A DNA stretch of 60,017 nt. It comes from an uncultured Acidobacteriaceae bacterium (lineage in GTDB: Bacteria > Acidobacteriota > Terriglobia > Terriglobales > Acidobacteriaceae). How positions within the stretch are numbered: the first letter of the stretch is position 1; each line of letters starts with the position of its first letter. The position numbers were made by a program, and so were the translations under genes. Location of the stretch: assembly GCA_964249685.1 (NCBI GenBank), contig CAXUDC010000001.1, positions 1-60,017 of the forward strand, given 5' to 3'. Positions 8,050 through 17,983 of this stretch are shown here, piece by piece. Below the pieces are notes generated by a model. It saw nothing but the letters and a program-made list of their open reading frames with translations. It did not search any database and was not told where the DNA came from.

Positions 8050-9585
8050 TCACCTGGCGGCAAAGTCCAGCGTCCCCATCCGTCCGCTCGCCGTATCCCG
8101 CACCACCAGCCGCAGCGTCTGCGCGCCCGCCGGCGGCGTCAGCGACACCGTAAACCGAGCGCTCTGAGCCGGCGCCCGCGTGTCCACCGCCTGCGCCGCA
8201 ACCGCCCTCTCCGCCAGCAACTGGTGCTCCAGCACCTTGCCCTTCGCCGACAGCGCCACGGCCAGCACCTCCACCTGCGCCTCCTGCTTGGCGTCTTTAT
8301 CGTCCGCATTCACCCACGTCAGGTCGCGCGCCTGCACATGCAGCACAAACGCCCCCGCCGGCCCGCGATCCGCCGTAAAACTCACCCCATGAAATGGAAT
8401 CGACGCCGTCGCCGCATTGTTCAGGTCGTACCCGATCGTGTCCGTCGCCAGCGTAGCTTTCGGCGACGACGTATAGTACCCATCGTGCGTCGTAGCCACC
8501 AGCCCCGGCCGCAGGCACACAATGCTGATGTGCCGGAACTGCCCCGGAACCTCGCTGCCGTTCGAAGGCCGGTACCCAAGCGTGTAGTAGTTGCCGCCCG
8601 ACGCGATCGACTCCCGCAGCTGCCGGTCGACATCGTTCAACCCGCGCAGCACCTTGCCGCCCGTCACCGGACCCAGCCGGTCGAAGTCGTACTGGTGGTC
8701 GAACGGGTCCATCGCCTTGCCGCCCGTCCCCACCGCCGCCACAAACGCCAGCTGCACCGGGTCCGTAATCTCCTGCAAGCTCGCCGCCGTCGTCGTCGGG
8801 TCCACCGCAAACAGCGTCACGCGGTTCTCGAGTAGCACATCGGTTACGTGCTGCAGCATGTTCGCGAGCGCGCGGTGCGTGCCCTCGGTCAGCGCCTGCG
8901 GGTCGATCGACGGAAAGCCCGCCCCCACCCACATCAGGTTCTTGCGCCCCGGAATCCGCGCCCCATATTGCGCCAGTTGTTCCAGCGCCGCCAGCGAGCG
9001 GTCCAGCCGCTCCGCCACGCCCTCGCCCACGCTCATCGATTGCTCCAGCGCCCACGCCTGCTCCGGCACAAACCTCCGCAGCGCCCCCAGCAGCTTTTGT
9101 TTGTCCAGCGTAAACCCCACCAGCTGCTGAAACCGCGAGTCCCGCACCACCATCAGCGTCGCGGGCTGCGCAAGCACGTCGTCCTCCTTCGCCAGGTAAG
9201 CCTCGATCGAGTGCACCGCATAGGCCGAATCGGCGAAGTGCGTATTGACCTCGTCCAGCACAAAGATCGTCACCGCGGAGCTGCCAAACGCCGCCGGCTT
9301 GCCCGGATCGAAGACCGTCGCGGCGTCATCGCCCGGCGGCAGAACATGGGCCTCCGGCGCCTCGAAGCTGACGATCTGCTCCTGCCGCTTGTCCTCGTAG
9401 ACCGCAAAATCCTTCGCCGTCAACCCGGTCACAGGCCTACCCTGCGCGTCCACCACGTTCGTATCGAGCAGCACTAGTCGAGTCGAAATCCGCAGCGTAG
9501 GCGTAGCAGGCGCACCACTCTGCGCGCTCGCCACCACCGCCCCCAGCGCCATCCCCAACATCGAAAGCCAGGCCTTAACCGTCAT
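8050..9585 (-). CDS. VWFA-related acidobacterial secreted protein
   Basis: Signal peptide; LVLLDTNVVD..G.PV.GL...DF.VYED; PGRKNLMW; TGG; YYTLGYRP. Confidence 0.85.
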   Translation of the reverse strand: MTVKAWLSMLGMALGAVVASAQSGAPATPTLRISTRLVLLDTNVVDAQGRPVTGLTAKDFAVYEDKRQEQIVSFEAPEAHVLPPGDDAATVFDPGKPAAFGSSAVTIFVLDEVNTHFADSAYAVHSIEAYLAKEDDVLAQPATLMVVRDSRFQQLVGFTLDKQKLLGALRRFVPEQAWALEQSMSVGEGVAERLDRSLAALEQLAQYGARIPGRKNLMWVGAGFPSIDPQALTEGTHRALANMLQHVTDVLLENRVTLFAVDPTTTAASLQEITDPVQLAFVAAVGTGGKAMDPFDHQYDFDRLGPVTGGKVLRGLNDVDRQLRESIASGGNYYTLGYRPSNGSEVPGQFRHISIVCLRPGLVATTHDGYYTSSPKATLATDTIGYDLNNAATASIPFHGVSFTADRGPAGAFVLHVQARDLTWVNADDKDAKQEAQVEVLAVALSAKGKVLEHQLLAERAVAAQAVDTRAPAQSARFTVSLTPPAGAQTLRLVVRDTASGRMGTLDFAAR

Positions 9586-9673
9586 AAGAAAACCCAGTGT
9601 ACAACCCCCTCTCAAACCGAGGATGACATCGCGACGCTACGAAATGACACCAGACTGCCTCTCGCATTTTGAT

Positions 9674-9697
9674 TGTCATCCCGTACGGATCTGCGTT
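9674..9697 (+). repeat. REP-like family B (degenerate)
   Basis: TGTCATCCCGTACGGATCTGCGTT. Confidence 0.7.
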
Positions 9698-10043
9698 CCG
9701 CCAGATGCCGCACTCCCATCCATGAGGTATGGTCTCTGCTCCGGTCACAACCTGTCTTCACAGCGCAACGTGTCATCTGTCCGACACCGCCGATCCCCCC
9801 CGCAAACACCCAACCGCGATACACTGACACCATCACCCAACCAAACGGACCCAAGCCACCACGCTCACCGTCCCGTAATACAGTCCTTATACTCTGTCGA
9901 CACCGAGGATTTCTGCGACCGCACCATCCAGCGAGCAAGCCGTTCTGCCATGTGAACCATCGATGAGCGCCGAAACCATTCCTCCCGCACACACGTCTTC
10001 CTTGCACAACCCCAAGCGCCAAACCTCCCCTGGAGTCTTTGCC

Positions 10044-13000
10044 ATGTCGCGTCTTCGCTCTGCCCTCGGCCTCCTCGCCGTGCTCTCTGCTTCCCTCGCC
10101 GGCCACCCGCAGGCGCCCGCAGGCGCACCCGCCGCACCGCAACTGCTGCCCTACGTCATCACCGCTGTCGCCGGCGGCGGCACCCTGGGCACGACCTACC
10201 CGGCTGCCACCGCCGCGCCCTACACCGTCGGTGCTGCCTGCGCCTCCGGCTCCACGCTCACCGCGCAGGACGTCTACGGCGACGGCTGCCTCGCCACCCA
10301 GGTCCTGCTCTCCATCCCGCGCGCCGTCGCAGGCGACACCCAGGGCAACCTCTTCATCGTCGATTCCAACAACTCCACCCTGCGCCGCGTCGACGCCCGC
10401 ACCGGCATCATCACCACCATCGCCGGCCAGGGCACCGCCACCCCGGCCTCCGGCGTCGCCTGCGCCAGCGGCTCCAGCCTCACCTCCACCAGCGCCTTCG
10501 GCGACGGCTGCCTCGCCACCCAGGTCAAGCTCGCTGCCCCCGAAGGCCTCGCCGTCGACCCCGCCAACAACGTCTGGTTCTCCGACTACACCCTTGGCGC
10601 CGTCCGCCGCATCGACCACGCCACCGGCATCCTCACCACCGTCGTCAACACGGCCGGCACGCCCGGCTACCGCGCCGGCAACGTCGCCAACCCAGGCACG
10701 GTCGTGCTCGCCGGGGCCGGCCAGCTCGTCCACCCCTACGGCATCGGCTTCGACCGCGCCGGCAACCTCTACATCGGCGACAACTACAACTCGGTCGTGG
10801 ATGTCGTCAACCTCCAGTCCACCGCCACCACCATCGCCGCCAACTCCATCCCCGCCGGCGCCATCTTCACGATCGCCGGCGCGGGCTGCGCCTACGGCAA
10901 CTCCACCACTGGCTGCACCACCTACGGCAAGGCCGGTAACGGCGGCCCCTCGACCGCCGCCACACTCGACAGCCCCTACCAGGTTGCCGTCGACAACGCA
11001 GGCAACATCTACATCGCCGACGAGTACCCCTACGACGTCCGAGTCATCAACGGCACCACCGGCATCCTCACCACCTTCGCCAACGGTGCCATGACCAAGT
11101 CCGCCGCGCAGGTCCGCGGACCGGCCGTCTCCACCCCGCTCGCCAGCATCTACGGCGTCGCCACCGACGCGCTCGGCAACGTCTACATCGCCGTCTACGA
11201 CGCCACCACCGGCACCAGCTACCTTGACCGCGTCGACATCGCCACCGGCATCCTCTACGCCGTAGCCGGCCAGCTTGAGGCCGCCGCACCCTCCGCCGCC
11301 GGCAAGGCCGTCACCGGAGCCGTCTATTGCACCGCCGCCACCGACAACATCGGCGACGGCTGCCCCGGCACCCAGGCCACCCTCTACAAGCCCTTCCAGC
11401 CCTTCGTCGACGCCGCCGGCAACGTCTACATCGCCGACCAGGGCAACAACCTGATCCGCAAGCTCTCCACCGGCGCCCAGTTCCCCGCCCTCACCGCCGG
11501 CAAGTCCGTCACCCAGACCGTCGACGTCCACTACGGTGCCGGCGACTCCGCCTCCACCTCCACCCTGCCCACGCCCGCCGGCTTCGGCTCCGTCGATTAC
11601 ACCCTCGGCACCGCCGTCTGCGTCGTCAACACCGACACAACCACCGACTGCGCCACTCCCGTCACCTTCACGCCCGCCGCCGCCGGCCCCCGCGCCACTC
11701 CGCTCGCCGTCAAGAGCGCCACCGGCCTTACCGCCTCCTTCGCCCTCACCGGCACCGGCAATGCCGCCCTCCTGCTCGCGGACCCCGCCGCCGCCGTCGG
11801 CACCTTCGGCAACGGACCCTTCCCCGCCGTCACCGGCCTCGCCGTCGACTCCGCCGGCTACCTCTACGCGGCCATCCCCTCCTCGACCTCCATCCGCAAG
11901 TTTGCCCCCGGCATCGGTACCACCACCACCCTCGGCAGCAACCTCGCCCAGGCCAACGCCGTCGCCGTCGACCCCGCCGGCAACGTCTTCGCCGCGCTCG
12001 CCACCGGCACCGTCGTCGAGGTCCCCGCCAACGGCGCCGCCCAGCTCACCCTCGGCACCGGCTTCACCACTCCCTCCGGCCTCGCCGTCGACACCTTCGG
12101 CAACGTCTTCATCGCCGATTCCGCCGCCGGCACCGTCACCCGCATCGCCGCCGGAACCCTCGTCCAGACCACCCTCGCCGCCGGCCTCAGCGGCCCCGCC
12201 GGCCTCGCCGTCGACACCCTCGGCAATCTCTTCGTCGCCAACAAGATCGCCAACAACGTAGTAGAACTCCCCTTCAACAGCTCTACCCAAATTACCCTGG
12301 GCTCCGGCCTCTCCGCGCCCGGCTATGTCGCCGTCGACCCCGCCGGCAGCCTCTACATCTCCGATTCCCGCAATGCCCGCATCGTCTTCATCCCTAATGA
12401 AAACGGCACCCTCAACACCGCCGACCAGCTCACCATCGCCACCACCGGCCTCATCAACCCCACCGGCCTCGCCCTCACCCCCACCGGCAACCTCTACGTC
12501 GCCGATTCCTCCGCCAACGCCGTCTTTATCTTCAATCGCACCAGCGCCGCCTACGCCTTCGGCAACGACCCCGTCGCTGCCCAGCTCACCGCCCCCGCCG
12601 ACCTCGTCTCCGCCGGCAACCTCCCCATCGCCTTCGCCTCTCCCTACGTCACCGCCGCCGGCAACACCGGCGACTTCAATCTCACCCCTACCACCGGCCC
12701 CGCCACCCTCGCCCCCGGCTTCGCCCTCGCCCTCACCGCCGGCTTCAAGCCCACCGCCACCGGCACCCGCAGCGCCACCTTCACCTTCAACGGTACCGTC
12801 CTCACCCTCACCGGCACCGGCATCACCCCCGTCAACGCGACCACCACCACCATCTCCGCCTCGTCCACCGCCGGCACCTACGGCCAGCCCGTCGCCCTGA
12901 CCGTCACCGTCGCCGTGCCCACCGGCCAGCCCGCCGCCTCCGGCAACGTCACCGTCAAGGTCGACACCACCCCCTACACCCCCACGCTCACCGGCAACGG

Positions 13001-14192
13001 CACCACCACCTTCAGCGTCCCCGGCCTCTCCGCCGGCACCCACACCGTCTCCGCCAGCTACCCCGGCGACAGCACCTCCAGCCCCTCGACCGCGCTGCCC
13101 GTCACCATCACCCTCGCCCCGGCCCCCCTTACCGTCGCGCCCAACGCCGTCGCCAAGCCCTTCTACGCCGCCATCCCCACCCTCACCGGCACCCTCACCG
13201 GCGTCGTCAACAACGACACCATCGGCGTCACCTACACCACCCCCGCCACCCAGACCTCACCCCTCGGCACCTACCCCATCTCCGCCACCGTCACCGGCAC
13301 CGCCGCCACCAACTACATCGTCACGATCGTTCCCGGCGTCCTCACCATCACCAAGGCCGGCACCACCACCCTCCTCTCGGCCTCCGCCACCGCTGTCTCG
13401 AGCACCACCAGCGTCGCCCTCACCGCGACCGTCGCCCCCACCACCGGCGGCTTCCCCACCGGCTCCGTCACCTTCTATAACGGCTCCACGCTGATCACCA
13501 GCGTCCTCGTCGCCCCCAACGGAACCGCCACCACCACGACCACCTTCGCGGTCGTCGGCCAGTCCTCCACCAACGTCCTCACCGCGGTCTACTCGGGCGA
13601 CCCCAACTACACCACCAGCACCTCCCCCTCGGTTACCGTCGTCTCCTCCACTCCCGGCTTCAATCTCTCGAACACCCCCACCGCCGCCGCCGTCGTCCAG
13701 GGCCAGACCGCCCTGCTCAGCTTCACCATCACCCCCACCTTCGGCTACACGGGAACCATCACCACCTCCTGCACCAACCTGCCCGCGACCGTCAACTGCG
13801 TCTTCTCCCCCGCCTCCGTCGCGGCCAACGGCAGCAACACCCCCAGCCTCATCGCCCTCTCGCTCACCACCGTCCAGCCCGGCGGCCTGGTCGACAACGT
13901 GGTCCCGCCCCTGACCCCGCGTTCCCCCATCGCCTTCGCCCTGCTGCTCCTGCTCGGCTTTGCCACCCGCCGCCGCGCGGCCCAGCATAAACTCCGCGGC
14001 CTGCTCCTGCTCGTCCTCTCCGCCGCGCTCGCCCTCGGCCTCAGCGGCTGCGGCCAGGGACACTTTGCCACCCCCACCCCCACCGGCGCCTACACCCTCA
14101 CCGTCAACGTCGCCGGAACCCCCAATGCCACCGCGCCCGGCGCTGTCCTCACCTCCAGCTTCCCCGTCACCCTCACCGTCACCACCAAATAG
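10044..14192 (+). CDS. Large secreted surface protein with NHL/beta-propeller repeats, Ig-like and MBG-like domains, and a C-terminal TM-TM-lipobox segment
   Basis: GGAG RBS and signal peptide MSRLRSALGLLAVLSASLA; repeated P.GLAVD..GN(L/V)(F/Y)IAD; T-rich Ig repeats (YPGD, YSGDPNY). Confidence 0.85.
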   Translation: MSRLRSALGLLAVLSASLAGHPQAPAGAPAAPQLLPYVITAVAGGGTLGTTYPAATAAPYTVGAACASGSTLTAQDVYGDGCLATQVLLSIPRAVAGDTQGNLFIVDSNNSTLRRVDARTGIITTIAGQGTATPASGVACASGSSLTSTSAFGDGCLATQVKLAAPEGLAVDPANNVWFSDYTLGAVRRIDHATGILTTVVNTAGTPGYRAGNVANPGTVVLAGAGQLVHPYGIGFDRAGNLYIGDNYNSVVDVVNLQSTATTIAANSIPAGAIFTIAGAGCAYGNSTTGCTTYGKAGNGGPSTAATLDSPYQVAVDNAGNIYIADEYPYDVRVINGTTGILTTFANGAMTKSAAQVRGPAVSTPLASIYGVATDALGNVYIAVYDATTGTSYLDRVDIATGILYAVAGQLEAAAPSAAGKAVTGAVYCTAATDNIGDGCPGTQATLYKPFQPFVDAAGNVYIADQGNNLIRKLSTGAQFPALTAGKSVTQTVDVHYGAGDSASTSTLPTPAGFGSVDYTLGTAVCVVNTDTTTDCATPVTFTPAAAGPRATPLAVKSATGLTASFALTGTGNAALLLADPAAAVGTFGNGPFPAVTGLAVDSAGYLYAAIPSSTSIRKFAPGIGTTTTLGSNLAQANAVAVDPAGNVFAALATGTVVEVPANGAAQLTLGTGFTTPSGLAVDTFGNVFIADSAAGTVTRIAAGTLVQTTLAAGLSGPAGLAVDTLGNLFVANKIANNVVELPFNSSTQITLGSGLSAPGYVAVDPAGSLYISDSRNARIVFIPNENGTLNTADQLTIATTGLINPTGLALTPTGNLYVADSSANAVFIFNRTSAAYAFGNDPVAAQLTAPADLVSAGNLPIAFASPYVTAAGNTGDFNLTPTTGPATLAPGFALALTAGFKPTATGTRSATFTFNGTVLTLTGTGITPVNATTTTISASSTAGTYGQPVALTVTVAVPTGQPAASGNVTVKVDTTPYTPTLTGNGTTTFSVPGLSAGTHTVSASYPGDSTSSPSTALPVTITLAPAPLTVAPNAVAKPFYAAIPTLTGTLTGVVNNDTIGVTYTTPATQTSPLGTYPISATVTGTAATNYIVTIVPGVLTITKAGTTTLLSASATAVSSTTSVALTATVAPTTGGFPTGSVTFYNGSTLITSVLVAPNGTATTTTTFAVVGQSSTNVLTAVYSGDPNYTTSTSPSVTVVSSTPGFNLSNTPTAAAVVQGQTALLSFTITPTFGYTGTITTSCTNLPATVNCVFSPASVAANGSNTPSLIALSLTTVQPGGLVDNVVPPLTPRSPIAFALLLLLGFATRRRAAQHKLRGLLLLVLSAALALGLSGCGQGHFATPTPTGAYTLTVNVAGTPNATAPGAVLTSSFPVTLTVTTK

Positions 14193-14232
14193 CAGCACCC
14201 CGCTCCCCAGCACCTTCCAGGAGATTCCCTTG

Positions 14233-17200
14233 ATGCGGCGTTACCCCCACCTGTTCGCCCTGGCTCTCGCAGCCACCTCCCTCTCCGCCGCTGCCCAGTC
14301 CGCCGACGCCGGCGCCCTCGCCGGCATCGTCGCCGACGTCAACGGAGCCGTCCTCCCCGACGCCACCGTCACCGCCACCAACACCACCACCGGCCAGGCC
14401 ACCTCCGTCAAAACCAACGGCAAGGGCGAGTACCGCTTCCCCCGCCTCGTCCCCGCGCCCTACACCGTCACCATCGAGGCCCCCGGCTTCAAAACCGAGC
14501 GCGAAACCAACCTCGTCATCGAGGTCGGCGTCATCGCCAGCCTCTCCCCCAAGCTTCAGGTCGGCGGCGCCGCTGAAACCGTCTCCGTCGCCGCCGAAAC
14601 CTCCCCCGAGATGCACCTCGACTCCAACGAAATCTCCTCCGTCATCGACCAGAACATGATCGACAACCTGCCCATCAACGGGCGGCGCGCCTCCAACTTC
14701 GCCCTCCTCACCCCCGGCGTCGTCTCCAACGGCGACGGCTTCGGCCTCCTCTCCTTCCGCGGCATCTCCTTTCTGCTCAACAACTCCACCATCGACGGCC
14801 TCGACGACAACCAGGCCTACTTCTCCGAGCAGCGCGGCCGCACCCGCGCCGCGTACAGCATCTCGCAGACCGCTGTCCAGGAGTTCCAGGTCAACACCAG
14901 CAACTTCTCCGCGGAGTACGGCCGCTCCGCCGGCGGCGTCATCAACACCGTCACCAAATCCGGTGGCAACCAGTTCCACGGCGAACTCTTCTTCTATGAC
15001 CGCGACAACGACTTCGGCGCCTCGAACCCCTACACCGCGCTCACCACGCTCGACCCCGCCAGCGGCAACTATCTCACCACCAACTACAAGCCCAAGGACT
15101 GGCGCAAGCAGTGGGGCTTCGGCCTCGGCGGTCCCATCCTCCGCGACAAGCTCTTCTTCTTCTACTCCTACGACCAGTCCCGCCGAAACTTCCCCGGCAC
15201 CGCCACCGCCTCCACCGCAACCGCCGGCCTCTTCGCCCCCGCGGACGCGACCCTGCCCGCTGGCGAAAGCTGCTCCGCCGGCAAAGGCACCAACACCACC
15301 ACCACCCTCACCGGCGATTACGGCGTCTGCTCGCTCGCCTACGCGCTCTACCTCACCTCCGGGCAAAGCGTCGCCGCCTCCTATCAGCAGGGAGCCGCCC
15401 TCTACAACCAGGGCCTCGGCGTCCTCGCCAGCTTTCTCGGCCCAGTCCCCCGCAACTCCGATCAGGTCCTCAACTTTCCCAAGCTCGACTGGCAGGTCAA
15501 CAACCGCAACCACGCCATCTTCTCCTACAATCGCCTCCGAGCCAGCTCCCCGGCCGGCGTCCAGACCCAGCAGACCAACACCTACGGCCGCGCCTCCTTC
15601 GGCAACGACTTCGTTAAGGAAGACTACGGCATCGCGCGGCTCGCCACCACGCTCTCCGCCACCATGACCAATGAGATCCGCTTCCAGTACGGACGCGACT
15701 TCGAGTACGGTTCCTCCCAAACCCCGCTCGGCAATGAGTTTCCCCTGACGAAAAATCAGTTCGGTTTGCCGCCCGACGTCAACATCGGCTACGACTACGA
15801 CGCCGCCGGCTTCGACATCGGAACCCCCCTCACTCAGCAGCGCCGCGCCCTGCCCAACGAGCGCCGCATCCAGGGCTCCGACGGCTACACCTGGGCCCAT
15901 GGCAAGAACACCACCAAGGCCGGCCTCGACCTCAACCGCGTCTTCGACTTTATCGACAATCTCTATGACGAAAACGGCTCCTACTCCGAAGACACCGGCG
16001 TCAACTTCATCGCGGACTACGACCACTATGTGCTCGGCCTCGGCGGCCCCACCTACAACAAGCAGTACTACCAGTTCACCCAGGCTTTCGGCACCCGCTC
16101 CGGCGAAATCGCCACCACCGACTACGCCGGCTATCTCACCAACGACTGGCGCGCCACCGCCCGGCTCACCCTCAACACCGGCGTACGCTACGAGTACGAG
16201 TACATTCCCGCCAACCCCTACGCCAACCTCACCGGCTCCTTCGGCAACTACGCGGGTAAGTCCGTCAATCTCGTTGCACCCGTCCCCCAGTCCGCCGGAA
16301 GGCCCGACGACCGCAACAACGTCCAGCCCCGCGTTGGCTTCGCCCTCGACGTCTACGGCACCGGCCGCACCACCCTGCGCGGCGGATACGGCATCTACAA
16401 CGGCCGCATCATCAACGCCAATATTCTTCAGACCTACCTCAACTCCGGCGGCCCCACCGGGCAGCTACGCTTCCAGACCCCCAGCACCACCAGTTGCACG
16501 CCGGCCCTCATCTTCCCCAACATCTTTCCCAGCGGCCTCAACGGTGCGGCACAGTTCGCCGCGAGCTGCCCCGGTGCGCAGACCAGCGTCTCCTATCTCG
16601 ACCCCCACTTGCAGAACCCTCAGGTGCATGAAATCGACCTCGCCGTCGAGCAGAACCTTGGCCATGGCACCATCTTCGCCCTGCAGTACATGGGCTCGCT
16701 CGGCCGTGAGCTCGCCTCCGCGGTAGACCGCAACACCGCCAATCTCGGCACGCTCGTCCCCCTGAACTACACCACCGTCAACCCGGGCGTGCTGCCCAAT
16801 CAGGGCTATACCCTGCCCAACCCGCGCGGCGGCGTCAAGGCCCCGCCCATCCCACTCGGCGGGATGGTCACTCTCGGCACCTATCAGGGTGGCGGCCTCC
16901 GCAACGCCGGCCAGGGCATCTACCAGTTGCTCGACTTCAAATCCGACGTCAACTCCAGCTATCACGCGCTCGCCGTGCAGCTCAACCACCGCTTCTCCCA
17001 GGGCTTCTCCTTCACCGCCAACTACACCTGGGCCCACGCCATGGACTACAACCCTTACCTCTCCACCAACGCCGGCTCCAACCAGCAGCTCGACCCCTCC
17101 AATCTAGGCCAGGAGTACGGCAACTCCGTGCTGAACGTCCAGCAGCGCTTCGTCGGCTCAGCCACCTATCTTTCGAACTTCCACGAAGGCGGACCCATCC

Positions 17201-17748
17201 GGCGCTCGCTCACCAACGGCTGGCGCATCGCCACCATCGTCCAGTCGCAAACAGGCCTGCCCTACTCGGCCAACACGACCCGTACCGCCTTCGGCACAAG
17301 CTACGCCGGCATCATCGGTGCCGGCGGCATCAATCGCCTGCCCAAGTTCGACTACTACGGCAACCTGCTCTCGGAGCGCGACTCCTACAACCTGCCCAAC
17401 ATCAACACCACCGACCTCAGGCTCTCCCGCTCCTTCACCATGGACGACCGCTTCGGCCACTTCCGCCTTGAATTCATCGCCGAGGCCTTCAACCTCTTCA
17501 ATCACCAGAACATTACGTCCGTCAACACCAACGCCTACAACGTCTGCTACGCTCCGCCGTCCACGGTTCCGGTCGACCCTCGTCTCGTAGTCGGTGCCGC
17601 CGCCTGCCCCAACACCTTCACCGACACCAAGAACACGGACCCCATGTACCTCCTCTACAACCCCTATTTCGGCACCAACCGCAACTCCAACTCCAACACC
17701 ATCTACACCCCGCGCCAGCTCCAGGGCAGCATCCGCCTCTACTTCTAA
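14233..17748 (+). CDS. TonB-dependent receptor, Oar-like, with N-terminal carboxypeptidase-regulatory-like domain
   Basis: AGGAG RBS; LPINGR..LALLTPGV; VQEFQV..SAEYGRSAGGVIN.VTKSG; PRVGFA; EAFNLFNH; terminal PRQLQGSIRLYF. Confidence 0.92.
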   Translation: MRRYPHLFALALAATSLSAAAQSADAGALAGIVADVNGAVLPDATVTATNTTTGQATSVKTNGKGEYRFPRLVPAPYTVTIEAPGFKTERETNLVIEVGVIASLSPKLQVGGAAETVSVAAETSPEMHLDSNEISSVIDQNMIDNLPINGRRASNFALLTPGVVSNGDGFGLLSFRGISFLLNNSTIDGLDDNQAYFSEQRGRTRAAYSISQTAVQEFQVNTSNFSAEYGRSAGGVINTVTKSGGNQFHGELFFYDRDNDFGASNPYTALTTLDPASGNYLTTNYKPKDWRKQWGFGLGGPILRDKLFFFYSYDQSRRNFPGTATASTATAGLFAPADATLPAGESCSAGKGTNTTTTLTGDYGVCSLAYALYLTSGQSVAASYQQGAALYNQGLGVLASFLGPVPRNSDQVLNFPKLDWQVNNRNHAIFSYNRLRASSPAGVQTQQTNTYGRASFGNDFVKEDYGIARLATTLSATMTNEIRFQYGRDFEYGSSQTPLGNEFPLTKNQFGLPPDVNIGYDYDAAGFDIGTPLTQQRRALPNERRIQGSDGYTWAHGKNTTKAGLDLNRVFDFIDNLYDENGSYSEDTGVNFIADYDHYVLGLGGPTYNKQYYQFTQAFGTRSGEIATTDYAGYLTNDWRATARLTLNTGVRYEYEYIPANPYANLTGSFGNYAGKSVNLVAPVPQSAGRPDDRNNVQPRVGFALDVYGTGRTTLRGGYGIYNGRIINANILQTYLNSGGPTGQLRFQTPSTTSCTPALIFPNIFPSGLNGAAQFAASCPGAQTSVSYLDPHLQNPQVHEIDLAVEQNLGHGTIFALQYMGSLGRELASAVDRNTANLGTLVPLNYTTVNPGVLPNQGYTLPNPRGGVKAPPIPLGGMVTLGTYQGGGLRNAGQGIYQLLDFKSDVNSSYHALAVQLNHRFSQGFSFTANYTWAHAMDYNPYLSTNAGSNQQLDPSNLGQEYGNSVLNVQQRFVGSATYLSNFHEGGPIRRSLTNGWRIATIVQSQTGLPYSANTTRTAFGTSYAGIIGAGGINRLPKFDYYGNLLSERDSYNLPNINTTDLRLSRSFTMDDRFGHFRLEFIAEAFNLFNHQNITSVNTNAYNVCYAPPSTVPVDPRLVVGAAACPNTFTDTKNTDPMYLLYNPYFGTNRNSNSNTIYTPRQLQGSIRLYF

Positions 17749-17801
17749 ATGCGGATGCTCAGACGAACTAACCAGGGACGTAGGTTCCCCGCTCCTTTGT
17801 T

Positions 17802-17826
17802 TGTCATTCCCGAAGGGAATCTGAGT
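17802..17826 (+). repeat. REP-like family B
   Basis: TGTCATTCCCGAAGGGAATCTG. Confidence 0.85.
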
Positions 17827-17912
17827 CTCAACCACCAGAAGCCAATCAGCCCAACTAACAACTAGAAACTCCCGAAAGAAAGCCGCTGCCCCAAAATCAG
17901 TTCAACTCCCAA

Positions 17913-17983
17913 CCAGATCAAATCAGTATCTAACCCCAATCAATCCAAGATCTTAGAATCAAACAAGGAGGGGGGGCTACCCC
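17913..17983 (+). repeat. Non-palindromic dispersed repeat G, copy 1
   Basis: CCAGATCAA..ATCTAACCCCA-N8-AAGATCTTAGAATCAAACA-G-run; the 19 bp core is identical to 50484-50502. Confidence 0.8.

Noticed and set aside
7205-8050. Integrative element at tRNA-Pro (also considered at tRNA-Met)
   Set aside because: No integrase and no duplicated tRNA 3' end found in the window.
9760-10043. Riboswitch in the long leader of the NHL/TBDR operon
   Set aside because: No cobalamin, TPP, SAM or c-di-GMP consensus recognised by eye; an Infernal search is needed to exclude it.
9612-13043. 1143-aa Gly-rich antisense ORF (likewise 14179-16026 and 47869-49059)
   Set aside because: Mirror of C-ending codon bias on the coding strand; no independent motifs.
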